This document shows positions 19,139 through 30,803 of a stretch of 64,000 nt of DNA, one piece after another (position 1 is the first letter of the stretch; each line of letters opens with the position of its first letter). A program made the translations under genes and the position numbers. The notes under the pieces are model-generated. The model made no database searches. It saw nothing but the letters and a program-made list of their open reading frames with translations, and was not told the DNA's origin. Origin of the DNA: Escherichia phage AidaStucki_Bas93; the sequence record PQ850593.1, one strand, 5' to 3'.

Positions 19139-22100
19139 ATGGCTAACATTAAACCGTGGGAAGAAGCTTCCAAAGCTCCTGCGTATCTGAATGCCTCTCC
19201 GGAGCAACAGGCTCAAATGAGAGAACAATATAAGGCAGCAGGTGGCTTTATTCCTGAGGAACAACCAGTAGCACAACCACAACAAGAAGAACGTGGTGTT
19301 ATAGGTGAGTTTGCTCAAGGTGTGTCAAATGCTCTTCAATCTGGTGGTGCAAACATTGCAGCTAGTGCTGCTAAAGGTATTGGTGGTTTAGTTGAGATTG
19401 GTGAAGACCTAATTGGAGCACAAACTAGTTATGGTAAGCGTATCCAAGAGAACTCTCAGAACCTTCTGAAAGAACGTATGGATAAGATTGAGGATGGGAT
19501 TGGTAAAACTGCTGGGCAATATGCTGGGGTTGTTGGTGATATTGGTTTGACAGTTACTAATCCGTTAGCTGCCGCTGCTATCATCGCAGGTCGTGAGACA
19601 GGTCGTGCATATGCGGATCAAACCCCTGAAGAGGGAGAAGACAAGTCTGTTCTGGATGCAGCCTTAGTTGGTGGTGCTAACTATGCAGCTCAGAGAATTC
19701 TTCCGGGTGCTGTTGGTACAGCTGAATCTACACTTGGTCGTATCGGTCAGAACGTTGTTACTAACGCAGTGGCTGGTGCTAAAGGCGGTGCTCTTGTAGG
19801 TGCTGCTGAAGCTCAGAACAAATATGGTGATGACACAACCTTTGCTAATGTCTTAGAAGGCGCTATTGAAGAAGGTGCTATTGGTGCTGCATTCGGTGGT
19901 GCAGTGGGTGGTGTTCACGGTTTGATCAGCCGTCCAGATTCTGCTGTCTTCAAGAATACTCCAGAATATGCAAAGACTGACATTGCTGCTGACGATGAGC
20001 TGATTCGTAGTGCTAAGACTGTTGATGAACTGAAAGAAGCCTACTCTAAAGCTGAAACTGCTAACGCCGCTTCCGCTCTTAATCTTCTGGATGAGAATGG
20101 ATTCCGTATTACTGATGCTGTTGCTGTAGATTCTCCTGCTGCTCAGCGTATTCTTAATACAGACCAAGCTCGTGCTGAGAAAGCTGCTTCTGTTCAGAAA
20201 GAACATTCTAATATTCCGGGCCTTAATCCTTTGGCTTCTCCTGCTAAGACTCGTGGTAAAGCATTCGCTGATAATGAGCACAACCAGAAGCAAGCTGTTG
20301 CTATGAAAGATGCAATGGCTGACTACACCAAGGATAACACGAAAGCTCTTACAGATGTTCTAGATAACCTAGACCGTGAATTAACTGCTTACCGAGCTGC
20401 TGATGATTTTACTGGCAATCCACTTGATGTCAAGAATCGCACACAAGCTGACCGTGACTTCGTTGATGCTTATAAGACTTTCTATAATGAAGCAAATCGA
20501 TTCAAAGCTCGTGATGGTGAAGACTTTAACAACTTTGTAGAGAAAGCTACTGAGCTACGGAAGATGGCTGATAACGTTTCTCCAGAGATGAAGAAAGCTA
20601 TTAGTGGGTTGAAGAAACTGAAAGGTATGCCTGAAGGTTTTAACCCTATTCAAGATGCTTATACTCTGAACAATGCAGCTAAGTTCATGAGCAACCAAGA
20701 CCGTGGTTGGACTTCCCTGACCGATGATGGATTCCGTGAGGCTTCTTCTCCTAGTCTGGTTATGAACACACTCGGTGCTGCTAAGTATGCTCTGAATCGC
20801 TTCTCTTCTCAGCGTGCTCGCTCTCAACGTGTTAAGCAACAAGAAGCTAACAGCGAAGCTATCCGCTCTCTGGCTCGTGGTGATTTGGAAGTTGCTCGTG
20901 CTAAATCTACTGCTGATGAAGCTCGTGCTAAAATGGAAGAAGAACCAGTTGTTGATGACATTAAATTTAAGACGCAAAATGACGTGGAAACCGAACCGGT
21001 TCGGGAGCCTTCTTCTAGTACTGTGACGGAAGAAAATCTTCCTTCTTCCACTCCTCAAGAAGCCCCTCTTACAGCTCGCGATTTAGTTGCTCAAAGACGT
21101 GCAGTTAAGCAGGCAGAACAGCGTCGTGCTCAAGAAGAGGCCGCACAGGCTCCAGAACCCACTGTAGAGGAACCAACAGTCAAAGCCGAGCCATTACCTG
21201 CCCGTGCTCCTAAAGCTCCTAAGGAGTCTATACAGGACGTTAAACCGGCAAGTGGTGTAGAACGTTTAGCTGCCATGTCTAGTGCTGCTCGTCAGGCTAC
21301 TATAGATCGTGCAGAACGTTTTGCTCGTTCTCTGTACTCTCAGACTGCTAAGGCTAAGGCCACTGCTGAAAACTTCTTGGCTTACAAGGGAAGTTATAGG
21401 GAGTTGATGCGTCGGATTCGTCAGGAAGATAATGCTATCAACACTGAGCGTCATGAAGAGATGGCTCGTAATCAGCTAGCTTCTCAGCAAGGTATTGCTA
21501 CTGCTAAGAACAACACTGTACGAACTAACTTTGCTGAATGGGTTAAGGAACGTGGTCTGCCAGAAGACATTGCTACTAAGGCATTACGTGCTGAAGAGAA
21601 GGGTTTAGGTGGGAACGTGACTAACTTAGATAGTCTGAAACGTCGTGCTGAAAGGTTGTATCAGAAGCAGCGTGAGGATGAGTTTGATAGACTGTATCAA
21701 CAGGCTCTGGAAGAGAATAAAGCTTTTGATAAGAAGAATGCTCCTAAACTGGCTGACCAGAAGAAAGAGCTTCAATCTGAGATTGACACTTTGATTGATT
21801 CAGAACCTTTACGTCCTGCTCAGAAAGATGCTGTGCGTAAACTGATGAATGACTTTGTAGATGAGAAGTTTAAATCTTCAGAGAAGGCTGGTAGGGAAGA
21901 AGCTTTGGAAGTAGGTCAGATGAAGGATATTTGGGATGGGTTTATTAACACCTATAACAGAGAAGTGAATGCCTTCAACAAAGCTAACAAGAACTCTCAG
22001 TATGAGGCTGCTGCTAAACACTTGCAGGCTCGTGAGGAGCGTCTTATCTCTTTACGTAACAGAGCAGAAGCTCGTGCTCAAGCGAAAGCTACAGCAGAAG

Positions 22101-23446
22101 CTGAACGTCAGTTACTCGAAGCTATTGCTGGTCAGAAGACTGAGATAGAGAAGATGTTTGATGAGTTACCTAAACCTGTCCGCGAGGCTCAGGAAAGCCG
22201 TACTCTGAAACAGCTTGCAGCTCACCATGATAAGAACTCCCCTGTTCCTCCAGAACGTTTCCGTAGTATTATCGAACGTATCCACAACGCCGAGTCAGAT
22301 TACCTTGATCGTCAGCGTCGTTTAACTGATGCAGAAGAAGATGCTCGTCAGGCTAAGTGGAACAAAATGTATGAGCAAGCGGAAGAGATGGACCGTAAGT
22401 TTGAGATAGACAAAAGGGTTAAGCGCAGTGAAGAGCTTAAAGCGGCTCAGAAGCGTGAGAATGACCTTATGGCGGTACAACGTCAACGTGACGACATCCA
22501 TCGTCGCCTGATGCATACTTTGGAGGATAGGGGCATATCTAAAGAGGATGCTGAAGCATTTGCTGGTTCCTACATGGATAACCGTTATGCACTTCTTGAT
22601 AAGCCTATGACTCCTACTGAACATCAGAATGCTCGTTCTCGTATTGAGGCTGATGTTGAGAAGTTTGCTAAGAAGTACGAATCAATGACTCCTATTGAGA
22701 AAGAGATTGTTAAGGTTACTGGAGATACTGAAGGTAAGCTTGATAACTTGGATGCGGATACTAGGAAGGCTATTGAGGAGGCTCAGAAGGTGGACTCTGA
22801 TATTAAGAAACTGCAAGAGGAAGAGATGGAGATGGAGAAGATTCGTTCTGCTCTGCCTGATGATGAAAGATCTCAAGCAAATTCTGATATCTTGGAAAGC
22901 ATTAAACAGCAGGAAGAAGCCTTTGCTGATAAAGCAGAGAAAGCTTTCTTGAATGGGAAGAGCTTGGATGAGTTGGCTAGTGTGGCTGAAGTTTTAGACA
23001 GGGTTCATGGTGCAGACAAGGCTGGTAACAACCGTCGCTTTGTACGTGCATTGCAGACTGCTGCTGAAAACAAGAAGAAGTATGGTGATAATCCGGTAGC
23101 TTGGTTTAGTGCTGATGATTATTCTGCTATTGCTAAACTTGGTGCTTCTTCCGCAGGTGGTAACAAATCTAGAGCACTGGAGAAAATCTTTGGTTCTACA
23201 GCTGAACAAGCTAAGAGTAAGTTGCTTGGCAGGGATGATGTAGCGAAGATGAGACGTGTAATTGAAGAGAACCCTGATATTAAGATTCCTTCTTACAAGA
23301 CAACGAATCGTACTGAGTACTTGCAGTTCTTGGAGAAGTTTAATGACGAAGGGAAGCCGAAGATTAAACGTGGCTCATTGTCAGAGAAGCTTGAACGCAG
23401 TAAGCGTCAATCGAGACTCCGTGTAAGAGTTCGATCTAAGGAGTGA
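19139..23446 (+). CDS. very large internal virion / ejection protein (coiled-coil rich)
   Basis: Over 1400 aa, charged coiled-coil composition; start placed at the ATG after SD AAAGGAGAcgtt (track ORF starts at 19094). Confidence 0.55.
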   Translation: MANIKPWEEASKAPAYLNASPEQQAQMREQYKAAGGFIPEEQPVAQPQQEERGVIGEFAQGVSNALQSGGANIAASAAKGIGGLVEIGEDLIGAQTSYGKRIQENSQNLLKERMDKIEDGIGKTAGQYAGVVGDIGLTVTNPLAAAAIIAGRETGRAYADQTPEEGEDKSVLDAALVGGANYAAQRILPGAVGTAESTLGRIGQNVVTNAVAGAKGGALVGAAEAQNKYGDDTTFANVLEGAIEEGAIGAAFGGAVGGVHGLISRPDSAVFKNTPEYAKTDIAADDELIRSAKTVDELKEAYSKAETANAASALNLLDENGFRITDAVAVDSPAAQRILNTDQARAEKAASVQKEHSNIPGLNPLASPAKTRGKAFADNEHNQKQAVAMKDAMADYTKDNTKALTDVLDNLDRELTAYRAADDFTGNPLDVKNRTQADRDFVDAYKTFYNEANRFKARDGEDFNNFVEKATELRKMADNVSPEMKKAISGLKKLKGMPEGFNPIQDAYTLNNAAKFMSNQDRGWTSLTDDGFREASSPSLVMNTLGAAKYALNRFSSQRARSQRVKQQEANSEAIRSLARGDLEVARAKSTADEARAKMEEEPVVDDIKFKTQNDVETEPVREPSSSTVTEENLPSSTPQEAPLTARDLVAQRRAVKQAEQRRAQEEAAQAPEPTVEEPTVKAEPLPARAPKAPKESIQDVKPASGVERLAAMSSAARQATIDRAERFARSLYSQTAKAKATAENFLAYKGSYRELMRRIRQEDNAINTERHEEMARNQLASQQGIATAKNNTVRTNFAEWVKERGLPEDIATKALRAEEKGLGGNVTNLDSLKRRAERLYQKQREDEFDRLYQQALEENKAFDKKNAPKLADQKKELQSEIDTLIDSEPLRPAQKDAVRKLMNDFVDEKFKSSEKAGREEALEVGQMKDIWDGFINTYNREVNAFNKANKNSQYEAAAKHLQAREERLISLRNRAEARAQAKATAEAERQLLEAIAGQKTEIEKMFDELPKPVREAQESRTLKQLAAHHDKNSPVPPERFRSIIERIHNAESDYLDRQRRLTDAEEDARQAKWNKMYEQAEEMDRKFEIDKRVKRSEELKAAQKRENDLMAVQRQRDDIHRRLMHTLEDRGISKEDAEAFAGSYMDNRYALLDKPMTPTEHQNARSRIEADVEKFAKKYESMTPIEKEIVKVTGDTEGKLDNLDADTRKAIEEAQKVDSDIKKLQEEEMEMEKIRSALPDDERSQANSDILESIKQQEEAFADKAEKAFLNGKSLDELASVAEVLDRVHGADKAGNNRRFVRALQTAAENKKKYGDNPVAWFSADDYSAIAKLGASSAGGNKSRALEKIFGSTAEQAKSKLLGRDDVAKMRRVIEENPDIKIPSYKTTNRTEYLQFLEKFNDEGKPKIKRGSLSEKLERSKRQSRLRVRVRSKE

Positions 23447-23456
23447 TAAAAGAAAA

Positions 23457-23499
23457 GCCCTCAAGGAGAAAATCTCTTTGAGGGCTTTATTTGTTTTTA
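23457..23499. terminator. bidirectional terminator at the convergence of plus and minus transcription units
   Basis: Stem GCCCTCAA / TTGAGGGC with A-run on the 5' side and TTTATTTGTTTTT on the 3' side. Confidence 0.65.
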
Positions 23500-23751
23500 G
23501 ATTAAATCATAATACTGAATAATGTCAGAGAGTTTGAACTCTCGAATCTCATCTTTCTCTATATCTATCGCTGTCATAATCCAACAAGGTTTGCCACCGT
23601 TATGAAAACGGGAGCTAGCAACGGAGGTTCGGAGTGGAATAACGGACCGGTCAGCAACCTCGCCTCTCCAATTGCGATAGCGAAAGCGAAGCACTTGTTG
23701 CGTAGATTTTTGATCATCATTCATTTCCTTTCTTGAATTGTTTTCTTGCAT
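23497..23751 (-). CDS. hypothetical protein
   Basis: 84-aa ORF, last gene of the minus-strand unit. Confidence 0.35.
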   Translation of the reverse strand: MQENNSRKEMNDDQKSTQQVLRFRYRNWRGEVADRSVIPLRTSVASSRFHNGGKPCWIMTAIDIEKDEIREFKLSDIIQYYDLI

Positions 23752-24118
23752 CGTTTTCCATCTTTGTTTTTAGTTTATGACAAGGGTCTTTACACAGAAC
23801 CTGAAAACCTTCTTTCTCACACAGAGCACGAGAGATGATTTCATCCCAAGTTGCTTCATGGTCAAGAGGTACTATAGGCTCTATGTGGTCAATAGCCATA
23901 TCCTTTACAGGGTGGTCAGAACCACACATGGCACACCTAAAGTGCATTGCCAGTCTACCTGTCTTTGGATTAATCTTCTGCTCTGTCTTGGCTTCTGCTA
24001 GTGCATCGAACATGGGCTTCCACTTTCTAGTCAGAGAACGAATCCCTGACTTAATGAAAGAGTTGTAACGAGCTTCAGTCCAAGTTCCACTACAGCGTGT
24101 CTTCTCAGACTTCGCCAT
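23717..24118 (-). CDS. HNH endonuclease
   Basis: Cys pair and His-Asn-His core (CAMCGSDHPVKDMAIDHIEPI...CHKLKT). Confidence 0.55.
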   Translation of the reverse strand: MAKSEKTRCSGTWTEARYNSFIKSGIRSLTRKWKPMFDALAEAKTEQKINPKTGRLAMHFRCAMCGSDHPVKDMAIDHIEPIVPLDHEATWDEIISRALCEKEGFQVLCKDPCHKLKTKMENDARKQFKKGNE

Positions 24119-24297
24119 AATCAGCTTCTTCCCAAACTCGTTTGTTTACACGATGACTCACTTTGCCCTCACGAGGAATACGACCTGTCCTCTGATCAAA
24201 CAGTTGATGTTTAATCTTTTGATCTTTACGAGATTCACGATTGGAGGAGTTTTCATCATATGAACGATAATCAAATTTACCCATTATAATATCCTTA

Positions 24298-25116
24298 TTA
24301 CCAAGATTTATCTAACCATGTCCAGTCGAACAGGTCTTCCGGAGCCTGACCAACAAAGAGAAGCCGAGCATTCTCAAGCATTTTCTCTTCATCTTCAGTA
24401 TCGAACTTCTTATAATATTCCATTCGTACTATATGATACATGGTCCACTTATCTGTAACCCCAGCCAACAACTTAGCTGCTGCTTTCTTCCCTATCCCTT
24501 GACGTCGAAGCTGGAGCTTACCGCCCCACATCACTTCTTTACGTTCACCACATCCGGGAATATTATCTGTTCCATCTCCAATCAGCATCTGATAGAAGAA
24601 ATTTTGCCATGAAACTAAATCAGATACGTAGTGAGGAGGAACCTCTTTTTGTCTTTCTCCACAAGCCCAACGGTAATGCCATCCGGGAGTTATTAACAAA
24701 TCTTTGTCTCTAGTACAGATGATAGTGTTCTTATCTCTACGTTGCCTTTCAGCTAGTGCATCATCAGCCTCTCTCCCAAATACATCTATGTATTCATACT
24801 TACCTTTAATATAATCACCGACATTTTGCCAGTGAAAAGGTCTTTCTCCGGGAGGTCTGTTTGCTTTGTAGTCTTGCTGCTTAGCAACATCGAAACGGAA
24901 GTTACCGCCTTCGCTGAAGTAGAACACAACCTTACTGCAACCTGAGCGAGCAATGATAGTATCTATCTTGTACTGAAGTCGTTCAATCATGAAATTATAA
25001 TCAACTGGAACACGTCCTGTGTCAAGAAAGGGATGCTCCTGAGTAAGGGCACCCACTTCATATCGAAGAACATCTCCGTCCACAATCGCTACTTCTGGAT
25101 AAGATATATCACTCAT
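24298..25116 (-). CDS. 5'-3' exonuclease / flap endonuclease (FEN family)
   Basis: FEN motifs AIVDGD, YKANRP, EADDALA, TRDKDLL, GDGTDNIPG; start at ATG 25116 after SD GGAGGaaatc. Confidence 0.7.
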   Translation of the reverse strand: MSDISYPEVAIVDGDVLRYEVGALTQEHPFLDTGRVPVDYNFMIERLQYKIDTIIARSGCSKVVFYFSEGGNFRFDVAKQQDYKANRPPGERPFHWQNVGDYIKGKYEYIDVFGREADDALAERQRRDKNTIICTRDKDLLITPGWHYRWACGERQKEVPPHYVSDLVSWQNFFYQMLIGDGTDNIPGCGERKEVMWGGKLQLRRQGIGKKAAAKLLAGVTDKWTMYHIVRMEYYKKFDTEDEEKMLENARLLFVGQAPEDLFDWTWLDKSW

Positions 25117-25552
25117 GATTTCCTCCATGGTGTCGGATAAGGTGACAATTAGCACAGAGCATGACACATTTATCTAACTCTGCCTTAAGTTTAGGCCAGT
25201 ACCGATAGTATGAAGGGTTTTCGTCTTTTGTTTGTTCATCCAGATGATGGAACTGCATAACACAAGGTGGGTATTCTTTTTTACAATCTAAGCAAACACC
25301 TCCCATGTATTCTATTGCTTTTATCTTAAGATCTCTATTTGCCTTATTAGCAACCTCTTGCCGTCTTTTTCTATTGGCAGCATACCAAGCTCTTTTCTTT
25401 TCTGCGGTACAAATCCTACAAGTTCCAGTAACACCCTTAGTACACATCTTATTGGGGTGATATTCTGTTATGGCTTTTTCAACCCCACAAACGTTACACA
25501 CCTTAGTATCAGCATCCACTATAGCTACTTCAGGGAGCTTAACGTCTTCCAT
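25109..25552 (-). CDS. HNH homing endonuclease
   Basis: Zinc-binding Cys pairs and CANCHLIRHH; N-terminal 13 residues duplicate the FEN N-terminus (see findings). Confidence 0.65.
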   Translation of the reverse strand: MEDVKLPEVAIVDADTKVCNVCGVEKAITEYHPNKMCTKGVTGTCRICTAEKKRAWYAANRKRRQEVANKANRDLKIKAIEYMGGVCLDCKKEYPPCVMQFHHLDEQTKDENPSYYRYWPKLKAELDKCVMLCANCHLIRHHGGNHE

Positions 25553-25553
25553 A

Positions 25554-26077
25554 TTATTCTCCTAATAACTTACGAATTTCAATACGGAAATTATCATACT
25601 CTTCAGGGTATTCAAACCCACATTCAAGAAGAGCATAGTGAACAACCTTCAGCAAATCCTGAACCTTATTCTTATCTTTGTGTCGATAAGCATATTTGAT
25701 CATGTTGGTTTGTTGAAAGTTCAACTGAGGGTTTGCATGATAAAACTCGATAGGTTGAATCTTCTTGCTATCAGGGTTATAGTGGGAACCTCCCACCATA
25801 GAAACTAATGCTGGGTTACCTTGAGATGCCATTTCTAACTTCTCCGTGTGGTCATGTGAGTAGTCTACTGGAGAGGTTTTGTTACCAGTAATTTTAGGTA
25901 AAATCGCTCTAACTGTTTCTATGTACTTACCGCCATCAACATTAATTTGAAACTCCACAAGTTCATCCTGTAGTTCATACCCTGATAAGCTTGATAGTTC
26001 CTCTAGCTCGTCTCTGAGGAAGTTTGTGTGCTTTCTTTGGGTTGCAAGCGCTTTCTTTAAAAGAACTATTTCTTCAC

Positions 26078-26087
<10 letters not shown>
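25554..26087 (-). CDS. DUF3310-family phage protein with N-terminal coiled coil
   Basis: C-terminal pattern GGSHY...PIEF...NMIKYAYRHKDKN...DLLKVVHYAL matches my recollection of DUF3310. Confidence 0.5.
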
Positions 26088-27371
<1,284 letters not shown>

Positions 27372-27616
27372 AATGCATCTCTTTATAAATAGTTTCCGTG
27401 TTCTTCTTCCAGTTAGATAAACCGGTAAGAACCCTCTGAGCAACTTCATCAGCTGCCTTACTTCTTTCAATCTCTAACTCTTGTTGATGCTTTTCTTTAT
27501 CCAGATTGTTACTATCTGTTCTGTACTCATTAAACTTCATTCCGCCAAAGAACACCAGAGCAGAGAAGATAACAAATCCTAGATTATCACTTAAAGTGCT
27601 TTGCATATTGACCCCA

Positions 27617-27642
27617 ACGAAAAAAGCCACCCGAAGGTGGCT
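27617..27642 (-). terminator. rho-independent terminator downstream of SSB gene
   Basis: On the minus strand: AGCCACC-TTCG-GGTGGCT followed by TTTTTTCGTT. Confidence 0.6.
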
Positions 27643-27663
27643 AAGCTATAACAAGGAGAGTTA

Positions 27664-28410
27664 TCAGAAAGGCGAATCGTTATCGTCTTCATAAGTAGAA
27701 GCAGGTTCTTTATCAATCGTAGGGATCGAAGGGGTAGCTTCTTTCTGTTCTGTTTCAGAAGCACGAGTAATTTCACGACCAGCCAGAGGTATGTTCTTAG
27801 CGTCATTAGCTTGAGTAAGCAGGTTGCGCTGGAACGGGAACATCAGTTGATAAGATGCTACGTTCTCATCGGTTTCAGCATACGGTTCGAAGAATACCAG
27901 AGGACTACGAGCTTCACCAACTGCTGCACGATATTTGGTTGGGATTGGAGAAATGGTTTTGATGGAGTTTTTAACTTCACCAGCTTTGTTAGTGTAGGAG
28001 TTAACCAGAATGTTAACAGGCTGACCTAACAGCACATCCTTAAACCAAGACAGATCACCTTTCAGTGCTTGAATGCTTGGGTCAATCATCTTGCAAAGAT
28101 CAAGGATACCAGAGTTCTTAGCTCGTGGGTTTACATCATAACTCTTGAACTGGCAAGCAGGACGTGGTTCTAATGCCTTACCATCGGAATCTTTACCCGT
28201 AGCATCAACACCAATCAGCTCGAAAGCCAAATCCATACGGAAAGCTGGATTCTTAGGAGTTACTGCTTTGGTCTTCGGGTCAATCCAAGGGTCGCGATTG
28301 TGAACACCCAAACCTACTACACGAACAATACGTGCTTCGTATTCACCATCAGGGATTACATCGTAGTTAGATTTACGGGAAGAAGTTGCGATAGTTGGAA
28401 TCATGCTCAT
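27664..28410 (-). CDS. ssb: single-stranded DNA-binding protein
   Basis: 248 aa with an acidic C-terminal tail ending in Phe (YEDDNDSPF), as in T7 gp2.5 and bacterial SSBs; sits in the replication module. Confidence 0.5.
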   Translation of the reverse strand: MSMIPTIATSSRKSNYDVIPDGEYEARIVRVVGLGVHNRDPWIDPKTKAVTPKNPAFRMDLAFELIGVDATGKDSDGKALEPRPACQFKSYDVNPRAKNSGILDLCKMIDPSIQALKGDLSWFKDVLLGQPVNILVNSYTNKAGEVKNSIKTISPIPTKYRAAVGEARSPLVFFEPYAETDENVASYQLMFPFQRNLLTQANDAKNIPLAGREITRASETEQKEATPSIPTIDKEPASTYEDDNDSPF

Positions 28411-28830
28411 TGTTAATTTCCTTATTTAATTTGAAAGATTGTTGCTCTCTTTGAGCGGTTATGTATAATATACATTACGCTTATACCGATAAGAGTACTA
28501 TATAATATAAGTATCTTTGGTAGTAGATATAACACACTAGTAATGTATATATTGTATAGCTGATAAAGTTATTGCAGGCTTGTACATTGGGCAATTCATA
28601 GAATCCCTTGCAAGTACCGAAGGGCAGGAGCCACCTGCGAGATAAAAATAGAGAATTAAGGAATCCTTGATTTAGGTTGTAGGGACTCCTAGGGACTTTG
28701 ATTCTCTATTTAAAAGAATAAATAATTACTATATCTAATACTAAACAGACTGAAACAAAGATAAGAAACTTCTTATAAATACTCATTACTTATCATCTAA
28801 ATAGTTAACTAATCTCTGATATAAAGAAGT
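28411..28830 (-). promoter_or_regulatory. AT-rich intergenic region with repeated TGTATA-type elements (candidate promoter cluster)
   Basis: 420-bp non-coding gap upstream of ssb; three similar TA-rich elements at about 28455-28565 and a tandem AGGGACT(CCT)AGGGACT at about 28676-28695. Confidence 0.35.
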
Positions 28831-29019
28831 TTAAATCAAGCATCCATCACAAACATAGTCTCCACTAAGAGACTCTTGTAACAAACGATTTTGTTCCTCT
28901 GAATATAGAGAATTTACTAATTCTTTTAACTCTGAAAGAGTGATGAAATCAATAGTATTTCCATTATCTAAAATAGAAGAGTTAAGTAAATATTCATTGT
29001 CTTTAATTTTATTAATCAT
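28831..29019 (-). CDS. hypothetical small protein
   Basis: 62-aa ORF. Confidence 0.3.
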   Translation of the reverse strand: MINKIKDNEYLLNSSILDNGNTIDFITLSELKELVNSLYSEEQNRLLQESLSGDYVCDGCLI

Positions 29020-29316
29020 TCTTCATTTCCTTTTACTTCAGCGTAGACTTTGATAATGCCCTTAAGAACTTCCTTAGAAGCAATAGCACTTTCTTCAGAG
29101 GTGTGAATAGTAGAAAACTCTTTCTTTCCAATCTTGTAAGTGTGAACCCAAATCATACTTATTCCTCGTATTCCCAATTTCTTTCATAATATCCAGAGTT
29201 ATAATTTAGAGCGCATCTCTCAGCCTCCTCTATGTCATCAGTGTTTAGGATATTTACCCACCCACCAACTTCATCAAAACCTTCTTCTACTTCATTAAAC
29301 CATACGCTATACTTTT

Positions 29317-29709
29317 TCATCGAATCACCAAAGGCTCTTCAGAGTACACAGGAGCGGCTATTTCTACAGGAGGTGCTGCCCTAAGGTCATTAAGTCTTAC
29401 GCCCTTCAGCATTCCATCTAGGTGGTCCTTTTTGGGTATTCCAACAGGGAAGTCGTCAATCCAGATATCTACAAAGAAACCTAACTGGCGACATACGTCA
29501 TCTTTCTGAACACCATTGCAAAAGATGATAGGAATCTGCAAACGCTCTGCATCAATCTTAATGTCGTGATTATCATACCCATTAGGCTCTGCAAAGCGGT
29601 AAGTTACAAAACGTACATCATAACCTTTGGCTTGCATTAATGCCACCACAGATCGCCACAGCTCTTTATCTGAGGTGTAAGTATCATCGTAATCTAAACC
29701 AATATTCAT
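29317..29709 (-). CDS. hypothetical protein, possibly HAD-like phosphatase
   Basis: N-terminal GLDYDDT and later WIDDFP resemble HAD motifs I and IV; weak. Confidence 0.35.
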   Translation of the reverse strand: MNIGLDYDDTYTSDKELWRSVVALMQAKGYDVRFVTYRFAEPNGYDNHDIKIDAERLQIPIIFCNGVQKDDVCRQLGFFVDIWIDDFPVGIPKKDHLDGMLKGVRLNDLRAAPPVEIAAPVYSEEPLVIR

Positions 29710-29947
29710 GTTGAATCCTTTTAGACAAGAAAAGCCGCCCTAAGGCAGCTTCTTATTTAACTATTCACTTTAGCTTCAAGTGTTTCATTTTCAATACTCA
29801 AGTCAATCACTACGCCAGTAAGCTCAACGACTGCTTGGCGAAGGGCGTCTTTACCCATAGAATGTACTTGAGATAAGAAGAAAGCTTTACCTTCTTCCGT
29901 GGATAGGGTTTCTTTTAATTCAGAAGCAGTCATTGATATTCCTTATT

Positions 29948-30139
29948 TTACATTGTATAAATTCGCATGATTGTACCACCATCAGCTTCAATAGTAGAAA
30001 CAACTTCATCTCGTTCTTCATCCGTGTACACTAGTACACTTTTAAACGAGCCAGTCACATCTGTGTACAAAATGTTGTACTTGGGAGGTGGTTTACGGTA
30101 AATACCTTCCATCATTCTTTCTCCTCTCGTTCTTTCCAC
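29948..30139 (-). CDS. hypothetical small protein
   Basis: 63-aa ORF. Confidence 0.3.
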   Translation of the reverse strand: MERTRGERMMEGIYRKPPPKYNILYTDVTGSFKSVLVYTDEERDEVVSTIEADGGTIMRIYTM

Positions 30140-30309
30140 AGTTCAGCAAGCTCTAGGTAGAACTCAGCTTCATCAGGACGTCCTTGTTCATTACAGATGG
30201 CGCTTTGACGATAACACCAATCCGATGGCATCTCTTCCACTTCAATCTCCTTGTTATGAACTAATCAATAAGACTAGTTCATTTGTATTTCAATCTTTCA
30301 GTTCTGAAT

Positions 30310-30803
30310 TTAGTGTGTATGCATCCAATTTAACCCAATCTGACAATCAGAAGCCAGAGGACATTCCATGTTCAAGTACTCACCAGCCTTCTTAACACAA
30401 AGCTCGGTGTACTCTTTGAGTTTCTGTACATCATTACGGTTCACTGAGAACTGGCCCTCATCGTGCATATCAATTACCTTAGCACAACGAACTCCATCTT
30501 TCTCAATCCACTTGTTAAGGAACATCATAGCATATTTCATAACAACAGCACCAGCACATTGCAGGAGTGTGTTAAGGGCTTTATGAACCATAACCTTACC
30601 AGTGGCATCCCGTCTCATTGTAATCTTACGACCATCAACGCCAATCAAATACCCTTGAGCAGCTTTCTCTGTCATACGATCAATGAGGATTGCAATACAT
30701 GGGTTCTCTGCCAAGAAGCGTGCTCGCATCACTGAACCTTCGTCAGCTCCACCACCTACGATTGAACCAAGTTTAGCATCACCAGCACCATAGTTAAACG
30801 CAT
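30310..30803 (-). CDS. DNA polymerase (family A, T7-like), 3' exon; 5' boundary is approximate
   Basis: Translates to ...NYGAGDAKLGSIVGG...GVDGRKITMR...ALNTLLQCAG...MHDEGQF...NWMHTH, in line with the T7 gp5 C-terminus; the frame is open upstream of the track start to a TGA at 30805-30807. Confidence 0.6.
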
